A stretch of DNA of 64,000 nt. It comes from an uncultured Clostridia bacterium (lineage in GTDB: Bacteria > Bacillota > Clostridia > Oscillospirales > Acutalibacteraceae). The DNA is taken from assembly GCA_947632045.1 (NCBI GenBank), contig CANRNQ010000005.1, positions 27,484-91,483 on the forward strand, written 5' to 3'. The notes beneath the pieces were generated by a model. That model saw nothing but the letters and a program-made list of their open reading frames with translations, made no database searches and had not been told where the DNA came from. A program made the position numbers and the translations under genes. Within the stretch, counting starts at the first letter, position 1. The number at the start of each line of letters is the position of its first letter. Shown in pieces: positions 50,051 through 60,507 of the stretch.

Positions 50051-51094
50051 TCACTGAAACAGCTCGTCCCTATATTGTCTGCGCAAAAATCCGCCGATCT
50101 CCGCCCACGACTTTTTCGCTTCGGGTATGATGTCGCCTACCATTTGGAACATATGGAACATCCCGGGGTAGCGCGTGAGCACAGCGTCGTTCCCGCGCTT
50201 TCTCGTCTTTTCATATATCGTTATGGCGTCGCTTTCGAGCACCTCGTATGTACCTACCTGTATCAGCATAGGCGGAAAGCCGTCAAAATCACAGTGCACC
50301 GGACTCAAATACTTGTCGTGCGGATCGTGATCGCCTACATAGGAAAGTATAAACTCCGGATTATCTATGTAGCTGCCGTCAATAGCGCCCTTTTTTCTGC
50401 CGAACATCGGGTCGTTGTATATATTATAGCTGAAAGCTTCGCCCTCGCCGGCAAGGTCGCACCACGGCGACATACACACGATGGAGTTTGCCGTGGGTCT
50501 GTCCTGCTCTATAAGCATCTCGGTGAGAGCTATCGCAAGATTGGCTCCGGCGCTGTCCCCGAAAAGTATTATGTTTTCCGGCTTATAGCCCTTGCTCAAA
50601 AGCCATTCCCAGCCCGCTACTGCGTCCTCAAGAGCCGCCGGGTGCTTGTGCTCGGGGGCGATGCGGTAATCTATCGAGAAAACCGACGCTCCGCCGCTGA
50701 GCTTTGAAAGCTTTACAGCAACTCCCCTGTAACAGTCGTTAAACTTCATGAGGAAGGCTCCGCCGTGTATTTGATATATGACCCTCTCCTTGTGCTCGCT
50801 GTTGTTGTCAATCAGAAGCTCGGCGGGCAGAGAGCCGCCGATGTTGAACTTTTTCAGCCCGTAGCCCTTTGGCGTTTTCCACTTGGACGGCTTAAACGAT
50901 TCCTTCCTACCGTACTGCACAAGCCCGCCGTCGCGCATAGTCGGGGTGCGGCAGAGCATTCTCGTCGTTTCGGTCGCGATCGAGCCTATATTTGTCATAC
51001 CCTGCGGCTTCTTTGATTTGATAGCCATAAAAACTCCTGCAAAAAACGCGCCCACAAACGACATGATCGTCAAAAACTGTTTTAACTTTTCCAT
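50051..51094 (-). CDS. Alpha/beta hydrolase (HSL-family esterase)
   Basis: HGGAF, DYRIAPEH, GDSAG, GMFH. Confidence 0.9.
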   Translation of the reverse strand: MEKLKQFLTIMSFVGAFFAGVFMAIKSKKPQGMTNIGSIATETTRMLCRTPTMRDGGLVQYGRKESFKPSKWKTPKGYGLKKFNIGGSLPAELLIDNNSEHKERVIYQIHGGAFLMKFNDCYRGVAVKLSKLSGGASVFSIDYRIAPEHKHPAALEDAVAGWEWLLSKGYKPENIILFGDSAGANLAIALTEMLIEQDRPTANSIVCMSPWCDLAGEGEAFSYNIYNDPMFGRKKGAIDGSYIDNPEFILSYVGDHDPHDKYLSPVHCDFDGFPPMLIQVGTYEVLESDAITIYEKTRKRGNDAVLTRYPGMFHMFQMVGDIIPEAKKSWAEIGGFLRRQYRDELFQ

Positions 51095-51124
51095 TGCGTC
51101 CTCCGTTTCAATTTCTCCGGTTCC

Positions 51125-52849
51125 TTACTCGGCAAAGTCCATATATTTGCTGTAATGACCGGTCTGTCTTTCAAATTCGGCCTTGTCTATCGCATTGTTG
51201 TCCTGATAATATTTATTGTCGTCATCGTCCTCGGCATATTCCACGCGGTAATCGCTGCTGCTCTTTTCAAACTTTTCGCCGTCGTATTCGTAAAACGCAA
51301 ATTTCAGCGTTCCCTTTGCTCCCGAGCTGTAGCTGAAATTGTTTTCGCTTATGACTATTCTGTCGCTCGCGTTGTTGACGAATACCTGAATATCGGTTTC
51401 GCCGCTGCTGCTCGAATCGGAAAAGGCGGTAGTTCTCTCGACCTCGCCGTTTTTATCCTCGCAGATATCAAGCTGCACCTTCGCACCGCTCTTGTAGTAG
51501 AGCAGAAGCTCCTTTGTGCCGTCGCCGTCTATATCCGCGGTCATAGAGCCTTTGTAAGACAGGCTCGTCCCTCCGCTCGTAACCGGCTTGCCCTTCACCT
51601 CTCCGAGATATTTTGATAAAGCCGTGGAGCTTTCGCGCACGGTTATCACAGCGCGCGCAACCGCGTCGTCAAAGCCCTTCATAACTCCCGTCACTATGCA
51701 CGAGCCCGAGCGCACGCCCGTCACTATTCCGCTGTCGTTTACCTGAGCTATCTCCGGCTTATCGCTTTTCCATTCTATCCTGTCGAGGTACACGCTGTCA
51801 AGCTTGCAAGCGGGAGAAAGCTTGACAAATTTTCCCATAATGAGCGTTTCGCTGCGGTCTATTAGCTTTTCGTCAAGCTCTGAGCTGCCCCTTGTCATCG
51901 ACGAAAGGGTTTTCATATACGCGGCCTCCTCGGCCTTTTCTCCGTCGATTTTAAATTCGCCCTTTTCCGCCGTTTTAAGCTCGCTGTCCTTGTATTTGTA
52001 TACGTCCTCAAAATAATTTTTGTAGCTTACGCCGCCGTAGGTATATGTCGTGACGGTCACGTTTCTCGTGCGCGTCTTTTTCTTTTTGTCGCTCTTTACG
52101 GCAGTCGTCTTGATAAAGATATTCCCGCCGTCACCGAGCAAAAGCTCCTCCTCATAGCTGTCGTACTTTGCGCTGAACACCTCCGCATAGTCGCTGAAGT
52201 TCTTTATCTCATACGCGTTTCCGTATTGGTCGAGCGCAACTATGACGGAAAATTTATAACCTGACGCGCTTTCAAGCCGAAGCAAAAGCTCGGGAGCGCC
52301 GTCGCTGTTGAAGTCCTGTATCGCCGCCTTTTTGAGTGTGAGCATAACCGACGAGCCGCTGTCGTATTTTTCAAGTCGGCTGTCGGGTATTCTTATCAAA
52401 TAGCTGTTAAGCGTATTGATTTTTTCTATATCCTCGTCCGTCACCGTTATTTTCAGCACGGACTTTACATTTGAGTCCGCCGCCGTCGCGGTTATCTCGC
52501 ACTCGCCCATCGCGACCGCTTTTATCATTCCCTTGTCGTCCACGGACGCAACTCCCTCGTTCGAGCTCTGCCAGCTCAGCTTGGGCACGGGCGCGTTGGT
52601 CGGGGTGTATTTTACGGTGAGCTCCTCGCTGTCGCCCTTATTAAGGCTTTCCTTTCCGCTTATCGTCAGCGTTTTTATTTTTGCGGGTTCTGTTTCCGGC
52701 GGCTTTGTCGGCTGTGTTTCGGGCTCGGTTTCCGTCGTTCCAAAAAACGCAAGCTGAGAAACTATTGATGGATTAACGCACAAAACCGCCGCCGCTCCGC
52801 CTACAAGGAGCACAAGTATAAGGCAGAGAATTATCGCGGTTTTTTTCAT
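51125..52849 (-). CDS. Membrane-anchored/secreted protein with two Ig-like (Big_2) domains
   Basis: N-terminal TM; WQSSNEGVASVDDKG and WKSDKPEIAQVNDSG Big_2 motifs; DFNSDG/DIDGDG loops. Confidence 0.75.
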   Translation of the reverse strand: MKKTAIILCLILVLLVGGAAAVLCVNPSIVSQLAFFGTTETEPETQPTKPPETEPAKIKTLTISGKESLNKGDSEELTVKYTPTNAPVPKLSWQSSNEGVASVDDKGMIKAVAMGECEITATAADSNVKSVLKITVTDEDIEKINTLNSYLIRIPDSRLEKYDSGSSVMLTLKKAAIQDFNSDGAPELLLRLESASGYKFSVIVALDQYGNAYEIKNFSDYAEVFSAKYDSYEEELLLGDGGNIFIKTTAVKSDKKKKTRTRNVTVTTYTYGGVSYKNYFEDVYKYKDSELKTAEKGEFKIDGEKAEEAAYMKTLSSMTRGSSELDEKLIDRSETLIMGKFVKLSPACKLDSVYLDRIEWKSDKPEIAQVNDSGIVTGVRSGSCIVTGVMKGFDDAVARAVITVRESSTALSKYLGEVKGKPVTSGGTSLSYKGSMTADIDGDGTKELLLYYKSGAKVQLDICEDKNGEVERTTAFSDSSSSGETDIQVFVNNASDRIVISENNFSYSSGAKGTLKFAFYEYDGEKFEKSSSDYRVEYAEDDDDNKYYQDNNAIDKAEFERQTGHYSKYMDFAE

Positions 52850-53150
52850 ATATAAGCTACATTCCTTTCACTTTAAACGAGGGCGGGCGTTGTCTGAATA
52901 TATCTTGCCCTGCTTTTGCCGATTCTTTCACATTTAATATTATAAGGTAAGCCCGCCGCGAGGTCAACAGAAAACTCGACATTTAACAACAAATTCAAAT
53001 ACTCTCACAGCCTTAAAAGCTTGTTTTGCAAAAGCTTAAGTCCTTGCTCCGCAGCAGACGCTCGTTGCGGCCTTAGCTTGCAGCGCCAAGCGCGGCAAAA
53101 CAAAAAGGAGCCCGCAGGCTCCTAAATGTCTAATTAATTTTGACTTTCAA

Positions 53151-53339
53151 TCAAACGGCTCTCGTTACCTTACCTGAACGCAGGCAGCGGGTGCAAGCGT
53201 TTACACGCTTTGGCGTGCCGTTAACGATAGCTCTTACGCGCTGTACATTTGGCTTCCATGCTCTGTTTGAGCGCTTGTGTGAATGGGAAACCTTGATGCC
53301 AAAAGTAACACCTTTTCCGCAAATATCACATTTTGCCAT
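53151..53339 (-). CDS. rpmB: 50S ribosomal protein L28
   Basis: MAKCDICGK..VSHSH..R.WKPNVQ..CTRCLRS. Confidence 0.97.
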   Translation of the reverse strand: MAKCDICGKGVTFGIKVSHSHKRSNRAWKPNVQRVRAIVNGTPKRVNACTRCLRSGKVTRAV

Positions 53340-53525
53340 GTGTCCGCACCTCCTTGACACTTATATAGAGTTTATTTTTTATAATGCAACATTGATAATG
53401 ATAACAGATTTAAGCTTAAAATGCAAGTACTTTTTTAATTTTTTTGAATATCGCCATATCCGCGCTGCGCGCTCATGCTGTCGCGCAGCGTCACGTCGGT
53501 AAGCCGAGGATTTTAGGCTACGGCT

Positions 53526-55262
53526 TTAAACCCTGCAAATAGCGCAGCCGCCGCTCCTTAAGAGCCCGTTTTCGAGTCCGCGCGAGAATATGACCTCGCT
53601 GTATTCGATTTTCATCGGCTCGTCGTCCACGTTTGCTGCAACAAGCACGCTGCCATCCTTTATATATTTTATCTGTCTGTTATCCCCGCTGTCTATAAAT
53701 TTCATATCAAGGCTCTTTAGCTCCGGCGTTTCCTTGCGGGCCTTTATCAGTGCCTTTACCTGCGAAATAATTTCGTCGTGCTCCCCGTTGTCTATTTCGT
53801 CCCAGGGCATACAGCGGCGGCAGTCCGGGTCGTGTCCGCCGTCCATCATGATCTCTGTACCGTAATATATGCACGGGCTGCCGAAGAGCGTAAACAGCAA
53901 AGTAAGCTGCTGGAAAAACTTATCCTCGTCGTGACCGCAGCGATGATAGAGCCTCTCGGTATCATGTGAATCGAGCAGATTAAACATCACTTTAAGCGAC
54001 TGCTCCGGATACATTGTAAGGCATCTGTTGAGCTTCTGCTCAAGCTGCTTGGTCGTCTGCTGCTCGTCGAGCCAGAAGTCCGATACCGCCTCTCTCAGCG
54101 AATAGTTCATTATTGCGTCAAACTTGTCCCCTCTGAGCCACGGCGTGGAATCGTGCCATATTTCCGCAAGAAGATATATGTCGGGATTGACCGCCTTTAC
54201 CCTCCTGCGTATCAGCTTTAAAAACTCATGCGACACCTCGTTTGCAACGTCAAAGCGCAGTCCGTCTACCCCGAATTGACCTGTCCAATATTCGCAGACC
54301 TGCGCGAAATACTCCATGACCTCGGGGTTGTTTGTGTTGAGCTTTGGCATATACTGAACGAAGGCGAAGGAATAATATCTGCCGTCCCTCGTGTTCCCGT
54401 CGAGCATGACGGGGAACTTGTTTATCATGAACCAGTCCTTATATTTAGAGCTTTCGCCGTGCTTAACAACATCGACAAAGGGCTCGAAGAAAAAGCTCGA
54501 ATGATTCATAACCATATCAAGCATTATCCTTATGCCGAGCGAATGCGCCTTGTCGCAAAGCTCCTTGAAGTCCTCCTTTGTGCCGAAGTCATCGTCTATC
54601 TCGTAATAGTCGTCTATATTATACTTGTGGTCGGAGAGAGATTTAAATATAGGATTAAAGTATATAGCGTTTATGCCGAGGTCGTGCAGATATTCAAGCC
54701 TGTTTATAACGCCCCTGAGATTTCCTCCGTAGCGCAGGCTGAAGTTTACGCCCTTTATTTCCTCGTGCTTCCACGGCTTTATGCCCCTTTTTATCCCTCC
54801 TTCGCGCGCAAAACGCTCGGGGAATATCTGGTACCACACAGCGTCCTGAACCCAGTCGGGCGTTTCAAAAAGGTCGGCGCTGTTCATCCACGGAAAGCAA
54901 AAGCACTGCATTCTCCTGCCTTGAACGCCGATCCCCTCTTCGTTGTAAAATCCGTCCTCAAAATAGAAAACCTTCTCTTCGCCGTCCGACAGTGTGAAGT
55001 AATACATACATCTTTTATACGGCGGCACGACCCTTATAGACCACCAGAAATGATTTTCAAGCTCGAGCATTCCCGTCATTTTTTCGGTTTTTCCGCTCCA
55101 TTTTTCGCCTCCGCCCATAATGCCGGAATCGAACGGATCTCCCCACTGGATCTCCACTGTTTTTATATCCTTTCCCGTCATCAGTGCGATATATATTTCA
55201 TCGTCGTTAAGCTGATAGCACATATTGTCCTTTGCGGCGTGAAAAACAGCCTCTCTTTTCAT
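53526..55262 (-). CDS. GH13 neopullulanase/cyclomaltodextrinase
   Basis: YQIFPERF, DGLRFDVANE, AEIWH, SHD, DPDCRRCMPW. Confidence 0.92.
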   Translation of the reverse strand: MKREAVFHAAKDNMCYQLNDDEIYIALMTGKDIKTVEIQWGDPFDSGIMGGGEKWSGKTEKMTGMLELENHFWWSIRVVPPYKRCMYYFTLSDGEEKVFYFEDGFYNEEGIGVQGRRMQCFCFPWMNSADLFETPDWVQDAVWYQIFPERFAREGGIKRGIKPWKHEEIKGVNFSLRYGGNLRGVINRLEYLHDLGINAIYFNPIFKSLSDHKYNIDDYYEIDDDFGTKEDFKELCDKAHSLGIRIMLDMVMNHSSFFFEPFVDVVKHGESSKYKDWFMINKFPVMLDGNTRDGRYYSFAFVQYMPKLNTNNPEVMEYFAQVCEYWTGQFGVDGLRFDVANEVSHEFLKLIRRRVKAVNPDIYLLAEIWHDSTPWLRGDKFDAIMNYSLREAVSDFWLDEQQTTKQLEQKLNRCLTMYPEQSLKVMFNLLDSHDTERLYHRCGHDEDKFFQQLTLLFTLFGSPCIYYGTEIMMDGGHDPDCRRCMPWDEIDNGEHDEIISQVKALIKARKETPELKSLDMKFIDSGDNRQIKYIKDGSVLVAANVDDEPMKIEYSEVIFSRGLENGLLRSGGCAICRV

Positions 55263-55279
55263 AGCTTTGCCCCCGTGTT

Positions 55280-55810
55280 TTACGATTTTTTTCTTATATG
55301 TGTATTTGTCAGTATACCTATCGTGATTATTCCGCCTACTATTATAACTATCCACATCAACAGCCCATAACCGACATACTCAGTCGTTCCGGGCTTTGAG
55401 CTGTCGTCAATATTTTCCTCAACAGCATCGGTCTTCGGCTCCGTTTCCGCTTGTGAAACCGAGAACCAGTCGTACCAATTGCCGGATTCGGACGAGCTGT
55501 CCGCATATGTTTCGGGTTCGGGCTCAGGTTCGGGTGCTATCTCCGTTTCCGGCTCGGGGTAATATTCCGTTTCCGGCTCGTGCGACGTATCGTTTGAAGA
55601 GGTATCGTCCGGCGTATCATATCCCGACTCGCCGCCGTCCGACGAGTCGCCGTTTGAAATATCGTCTATAACGTCGCTCACGGTGCTGCTTACCCAGTCA
55701 TATATATCGTCAATATAATTGCCGTCCTCAGGAGCCGCAAGCGCAGTCACCGCCGACGCGGCGACGAGCGCCAAGCACATCAAAGCCGCAACAAAATTTC
55801 TGAGCTTCAT
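55280..55810 (-). CDS. Hypothetical exported acidic protein with C-terminal membrane anchor
   Basis: Signal peptide, D/E/S/P-rich body, TM helix and basic tail. Confidence 0.7.
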   Translation of the reverse strand: MKLRNFVAALMCLALVAASAVTALAAPEDGNYIDDIYDWVSSTVSDVIDDISNGDSSDGGESGYDTPDDTSSNDTSHEPETEYYPEPETEIAPEPEPEPETYADSSSESGNWYDWFSVSQAETEPKTDAVEENIDDSSKPGTTEYVGYGLLMWIVIIVGGIITIGILTNTHIRKKS

Positions 55811-56250
55811 TACTTTTCCTCCGCCTCGCAGTTCCTCCGCTGTACTCCGATATGCTCAGGAGCCTTTCCTGCGCAACTATTTAATCGGAGCAAGGCTTGA
55901 TAGGCTTGCTCTTGACAAAGCCCGCTCGACCGCAACCGTCGCAGCAGGCTCTTTCCAAACTTTTAAAGGGGCGTTGCAGCAGTCTGCGAGCGGGTTATTA
56001 CATATTAGATTATATCCGCAAGAAAGCCGGTTGTCCATAGCTAAAAAAAATTTAACAAATTAGATATTTTTAAGACTTCACTTTACCCTCGCGGCACGAC
56101 CGCCGTTTAAATATTTTTTATATTAAAGGGGAAACCGACGTTCCCCCTTTTAAGTCCCCGCTTATTTGCTCGAGGATATTATTTTGTTTTAAATATCAAG
56201 GCGCTCAAAAATCGCCGAGAAGCAAAAATATATTTTGACAAAACGTATTG

Positions 56251-57918
56251 TCAACCTTCATTTAAAAGTCCTATGCCAAGCTTTTGGACATTTATTGCAT
56301 CGGCAAGCGTTACCTCTCCGTCGCCGTCCATATCGGCGACATATTCCTTCACGTCGGGGTCGAGCGGAAACGCGCCTATGACGTTCTTCTGTATCATTAC
56401 AGCGTCGGCAAGAGTCAGCTCGCCGTCCTTGTCAGTATCGCCGCGCATTACGTTTGTAACAAGATTTATCGAAAAGTTGCCGCCTATGTTGTCGTCCGAA
56501 GACGCATAGTATTCGCTTAAGCTGTTGATTCCGCCGTATTCGCTGCTTCCGCTCGCAAAGAAGGAGCGGCCGTTTGCAGTTCGCGGAAGAAAGACGTATT
56601 TGTCGCTGAGGTTTGAAAGCCATTCGCAGCAGCCGAACGAAGCGTCGCCGTCGGGCGAGCTTATCCTTATTCCTATCGCGCCGGTCATCTCGGGTACTTT
56701 GAAATTATCGACCGCCGCGTCGTGAATACCGTTGTATTCTATTTGTCCGCTCGCAATCATCGTCCACTTGGCTCGGTCGTTTATTGGAACGCCGTCCGAT
56801 ACGGGAATGTAATATATCTCGTATTCCGAGCCTACTTTGTCGGTCTGAAATTCCACGTTGCTTATCACGGGCATGGCGCTCGTAAAATCAAACACGTTTA
56901 TGAATACTATGTCGGAAGGATCGTCTATGTTCGGGCTTTCCAGGCTCATATTGTATGTCGGGCCGAATTGGTCTATGTTTAAAAGGGAGTTGCAGGTGTG
57001 ATTTTTCAGTACGCCCTCAATGGCGTAGGCTCCGCCGAAATAGTCGCCCGCAAGGTAAAAGTCCTCGTACGATATCCAAATATAGTCGGCGTTGTTAAAG
57101 CCCTCGCCCCACGAATTTTTAACCAGCCATGCGCCGTCCTTCTCCGGACGATGCGACGTTAAAAAATTAAATTTGGAGTAGCTGTCGTCCCAGCCTACAA
57201 TAATGACGCCGTGACCGCCGACGTTTGCTTTGTCGACGCTCAGCTCCTCATTGCAGCAATAGGAATTGTTTTCGCGGTTAAAATAATCATTGTTCATGCT
57301 GAACGAGGTTGCGACGGCTCCGCACCTTATAACCTCCCTCTTTATTTCACTTTGATCTTTGCCCAAAATTGTCTTAACCGAGTCGGCGTAAAACAGGGGC
57401 TCGTATGTGTCAAGCTCCTCAAAGCTCGACCTATCGCTGCTCATATACGGAAGCTCGTTTTCAGTTATAACGCCGCAGTAGGCAAGGGCGCTCGGCAAGG
57501 CAACCATAGCTATGCCGTCATTGCGATAATCTCTCAGCCAGCCGTTTCCGTCGCTTCTGGTGGCGGCCCAATAGTTTAAATATTCCTCGGATAAATCATA
57601 CTCGCCGTATCCGTTTTTGAGCAGAAAGGATTCCATAGCGCCCAAGCCGGAAAAGAAGGCGCAGGTATTCCATGCTCCCTGATCCTTCGGCGGAGTAACA
57701 TATCCCAGCTCGACGCTGCTGTACGATGCCGGAAGCTCGGAATCCTCGTCGTTTGCAGCCGCGCTCGGCCTTGCCGAAGCCTTTGAGCTAACCGGAGAGA
57801 TTCCTCCCGTGTGAAAGCTCTTATTCACCTTTGCGGTATCTGTACCGACAGCGCTCGCGGAAACGAGCGGGCAGATTATCATCGCCGCTGCAAGCAGGGC
57901 GGAAATTATTTTTTTCAC
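56251..57918 (-). CDS. Secreted papain-family (C1A) cysteine peptidase with lectin-like domain and C-terminal dockerin
   Basis: DQG...C, DLSEE, GGHGVIIVGWDD, WLVKNSWG; GDTDKDG/ADMDGDG dockerin loops. Confidence 0.88.
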   Translation of the reverse strand: MKKIISALLAAAMIICPLVSASAVGTDTAKVNKSFHTGGISPVSSKASARPSAAANDEDSELPASYSSVELGYVTPPKDQGAWNTCAFFSGLGAMESFLLKNGYGEYDLSEEYLNYWAATRSDGNGWLRDYRNDGIAMVALPSALAYCGVITENELPYMSSDRSSFEELDTYEPLFYADSVKTILGKDQSEIKREVIRCGAVATSFSMNNDYFNRENNSYCCNEELSVDKANVGGHGVIIVGWDDSYSKFNFLTSHRPEKDGAWLVKNSWGEGFNNADYIWISYEDFYLAGDYFGGAYAIEGVLKNHTCNSLLNIDQFGPTYNMSLESPNIDDPSDIVFINVFDFTSAMPVISNVEFQTDKVGSEYEIYYIPVSDGVPINDRAKWTMIASGQIEYNGIHDAAVDNFKVPEMTGAIGIRISSPDGDASFGCCEWLSNLSDKYVFLPRTANGRSFFASGSSEYGGINSLSEYYASSDDNIGGNFSINLVTNVMRGDTDKDGELTLADAVMIQKNVIGAFPLDPDVKEYVADMDGDGEVTLADAINVQKLGIGLLNEG

Positions 57919-58010
57919 AACGCTTCACTCCTTAGAAAAAATTAAAGACTGCTTATAATTTATTTCAGAATAATTTTAGCATAATAAATATATTAAAGTC
58001 AATAAAGGAA

Positions 58011-58907
58011 GTGTTAACTTTGCAGATAAGAACAGACCTTGCAATGGAGGCGAGGGAGCTCGCCGGAGAGGACGCCTCGGGGGTAGAGGTCAGCAAAAAA
58101 GATTACGGCGACATAGCGATATCCTCTCTGATAATAAAGACCGAAGAGGCGGCGAAAAATATCGGCAAGGAGAAGGGCAGCTATATAACGGCGGAAATGA
58201 AAACCCTGACCGATGATTTTAAAGAAACCGACAAAAGACTTGAGATAATCGCAAGGGAAATAAGGGCGCTGCTGCCCGAGAAGGGGCTCGTGCTGGTGGC
58301 GGGGCTCGGCAACGAAAATATAACGCCCGACGCGCTCGGCCCAAAATCGGCCCGCGGTATCCTCGCGACAAGACACATCAGGGGCGAGCTGGCACGAAGC
58401 ACCGGCCTCGACAGGCTGAGGGCTGTGGCGGCGCTTGCAACGGGCGTTACGGGTCAAACCGGCATAGAAACCGGCGAGCTCATACTAAGCGTGTGCAACA
58501 GGATAAAGCCTGCGGCGGTAATAGTCATCGACGCCTTGGCGTCGCGCAGACTCGAGCGGCTCGGCTGTACGGTGCAGATCTCGGACGCGGGAATATCGCC
58601 GGGCGACGGGGTGGGCAACCACCGCGCGAGGATAAACCGGAGCACGGTAGGCGTTCCGGTAATATCAATAGGTATACCGACGGTCGTAGACGCGTTCACT
58701 CTCGCCGCCGATTTGCTGCTCGACAGCGACGACAACTCGGCTGAGCTGATAAAGCGCAGCGTTTATCCGAACGGCAGGAAAATGGTCGTCACGCCGGGCG
58801 AGATAGATCTGCTCGTCGAGAGGGGCGCAAGGCTCATATCAATGGCTGTAAATACGGCGCTTCAGCCGACGCTCGAAATTTCAGACCTCATTTCACTTGT
58901 GCATTAG
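58011..58907 (+). CDS. gpr: Spore germination protease GPR
   Basis: RTDLAME, GLGN..ITPDALGP, IDALAS, GIPTVVD. Confidence 0.93.
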   Translation: MLTLQIRTDLAMEARELAGEDASGVEVSKKDYGDIAISSLIIKTEEAAKNIGKEKGSYITAEMKTLTDDFKETDKRLEIIAREIRALLPEKGLVLVAGLGNENITPDALGPKSARGILATRHIRGELARSTGLDRLRAVAALATGVTGQTGIETGELILSVCNRIKPAAVIVIDALASRRLERLGCTVQISDAGISPGDGVGNHRARINRSTVGVPVISIGIPTVVDAFTLAADLLLDSDDNSAELIKRSVYPNGRKMVVTPGEIDLLVERGARLISMAVNTALQPTLEISDLISLVH

Positions 58908-58937
58908 TCATAAATTTAATATCGCATAGCATAATTA
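58908..58937 (+). promoter_or_regulatory. Putative sigma-E promoter of spoIIP
   Basis: TCATAAA-15 nt-CATAATTA resembles the SigE consensus. Confidence 0.45.
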
Positions 58938-58968
58938 TCGGTAAGAAGGAAAAAGAGGTTGTTGTGCG

Positions 58969-60111
58969 ATGAATAAAGATAAGGGGAGAAGAGCTGCCGC
59001 TATGCTCGTCGCGACGGCGGTGTTTTTTATGGCTGTTTACTGTACGTTAAGTCGCGTTTCCTCGTCGCTTATTGACCGAGAGAGCTTTTGTATGGCAGCG
59101 GCGGGGCTTGCCATGCCTGTGTCGGATTATGGCGGAGCAAATCGGGAGCAGACTGCCGAATTAATAAAAAATACCGCCGCGAAAAAGAGCGGCAGTTCAC
59201 AGACCCAAGCAGGTGCGGAAGACGAGATCGAGAAAAAAGCGGAAAAGGCAGCGGACAATGACGAAAAGGAAGACGAGAGCAAAAAGGAAGGCAAGCAGGA
59301 AACGGAGCCCGCGCCGGTAAAGGAATACGGCGGCGAGGCATACCCTGTGATAGAAACGCAGTATGGCGAGGCGGGAGAAATAACCATAAAAAACACGACC
59401 GATTTCGAGATAGACGTTGCCGAGGAGCTATCCTCGCCCCTCGGCTTTGAGGTCGAGGATACAGACGAGCCGCAGGTGCTTATAGTTCACACGCACACGA
59501 CGGAGGCATATCTACAAAGAGACGAGGGCGTTTACTATTCGGAATACACGGGCAGAAGCACCGACGACAGTGAAAACATAACCTCGGCGGGTCAGGCTAT
59601 GGCCGACAGCCTGAGCAAAAACGGCATAAAGGCTCTGCACTCGAGCGTACACCACGACGACCCAAGCTACAACGGCTCATACGACAGAAGCGCCCAAACC
59701 ATATACGATTACCTTGAAAAATACCCCTCGATAAAGGTTGTTATAGACTTTCACCGCGACTCCATAGGCTATGGCGGCGAGGACGGCAAGATGAAGCCGA
59801 CCTTTGAGGTAGACGGCAAAAAGGCGGCGCAGATAATGATAATGAGCGGCTACGACCCGTCGGGCGAATATGACTTTGCTCACTGGGAGGAAAATCTGCG
59901 GCTTGCGCTCAGGATACAAAACCGTGCGGAGCAGATGTACCCGGGAATGACAAGGCCGCTTTACTTCGGTGATTTTGCCTACAACATGAACATAAACTCG
60001 GGCTCTTTGCTCATCGAGGTCGGCACGGAGGTAAACACCCTCGACGAGGCGAGGTATACCGGCGAGCTTTTGGGAAATGTGCTGGCAAAGGTTTTAAAGG
60101 ACGAGATGTGA
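58969..60111 (+). CDS. spoIIP: Stage II sporulation protein P
   Basis: VLIVHTHTTEAY, IDFHRD, LLIEVG; follows gpr. Confidence 0.92.
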   Translation: MNKDKGRRAAAMLVATAVFFMAVYCTLSRVSSSLIDRESFCMAAAGLAMPVSDYGGANREQTAELIKNTAAKKSGSSQTQAGAEDEIEKKAEKAADNDEKEDESKKEGKQETEPAPVKEYGGEAYPVIETQYGEAGEITIKNTTDFEIDVAEELSSPLGFEVEDTDEPQVLIVHTHTTEAYLQRDEGVYYSEYTGRSTDDSENITSAGQAMADSLSKNGIKALHSSVHHDDPSYNGSYDRSAQTIYDYLEKYPSIKVVIDFHRDSIGYGGEDGKMKPTFEVDGKKAAQIMIMSGYDPSGEYDFAHWEENLRLALRIQNRAEQMYPGMTRPLYFGDFAYNMNINSGSLLIEVGTEVNTLDEARYTGELLGNVLAKVLKDEM

Positions 60112-60321
60112 GATTTTTTAAGCTTGCGGCTCATATTTTATTTCCCCTCGTGCTGAATCCTTGGCGAACTCAGTCCTCCGGCCAAGAATTTGTTTTTTTC
60201 TTTAAATTAAATTCGCGCCGAAAAAATAATTTATGCTTACAAGAGCTTGATCAAGCAAAGCTCTTTGAGCAGGAGCGCGGAGGCGAAGTATTAAAGCATA
60301 GACAAAATTAAATATCCTTAA

Positions 60322-60358
60322 AAAAACGCGCCAAGCTCACAGTGACTTGGCGCGTTTT
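60322..60358. terminator. Terminator between spoIIP and tRNA-Arg
   Basis: AAAACGCGCCAAG...CTTGGCGCGTTTT. Confidence 0.7.
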
Positions 60359-60434
60359 GGCCCGTCCGGAGGGATTTGAACCCCCGATCTCCGGAATCGG
60401 AATCCGTTGCATTATCCAGCTATGCTACGGGCGG
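60358..60434 (-). tRNA. tRNA-Arg (anticodon CCG)
   Basis: Cloverleaf with loop TTCCGAT, GGTTCAAATCC, CCA. Confidence 0.93.
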
Positions 60435-60507
60435 ATTTTTTATTAAGCTTTAAACCGGCGGCTTAAAAACGGCGGAGCTCTCAGCTCCGCCGCAAGCTAT
60501 GCCGTGA

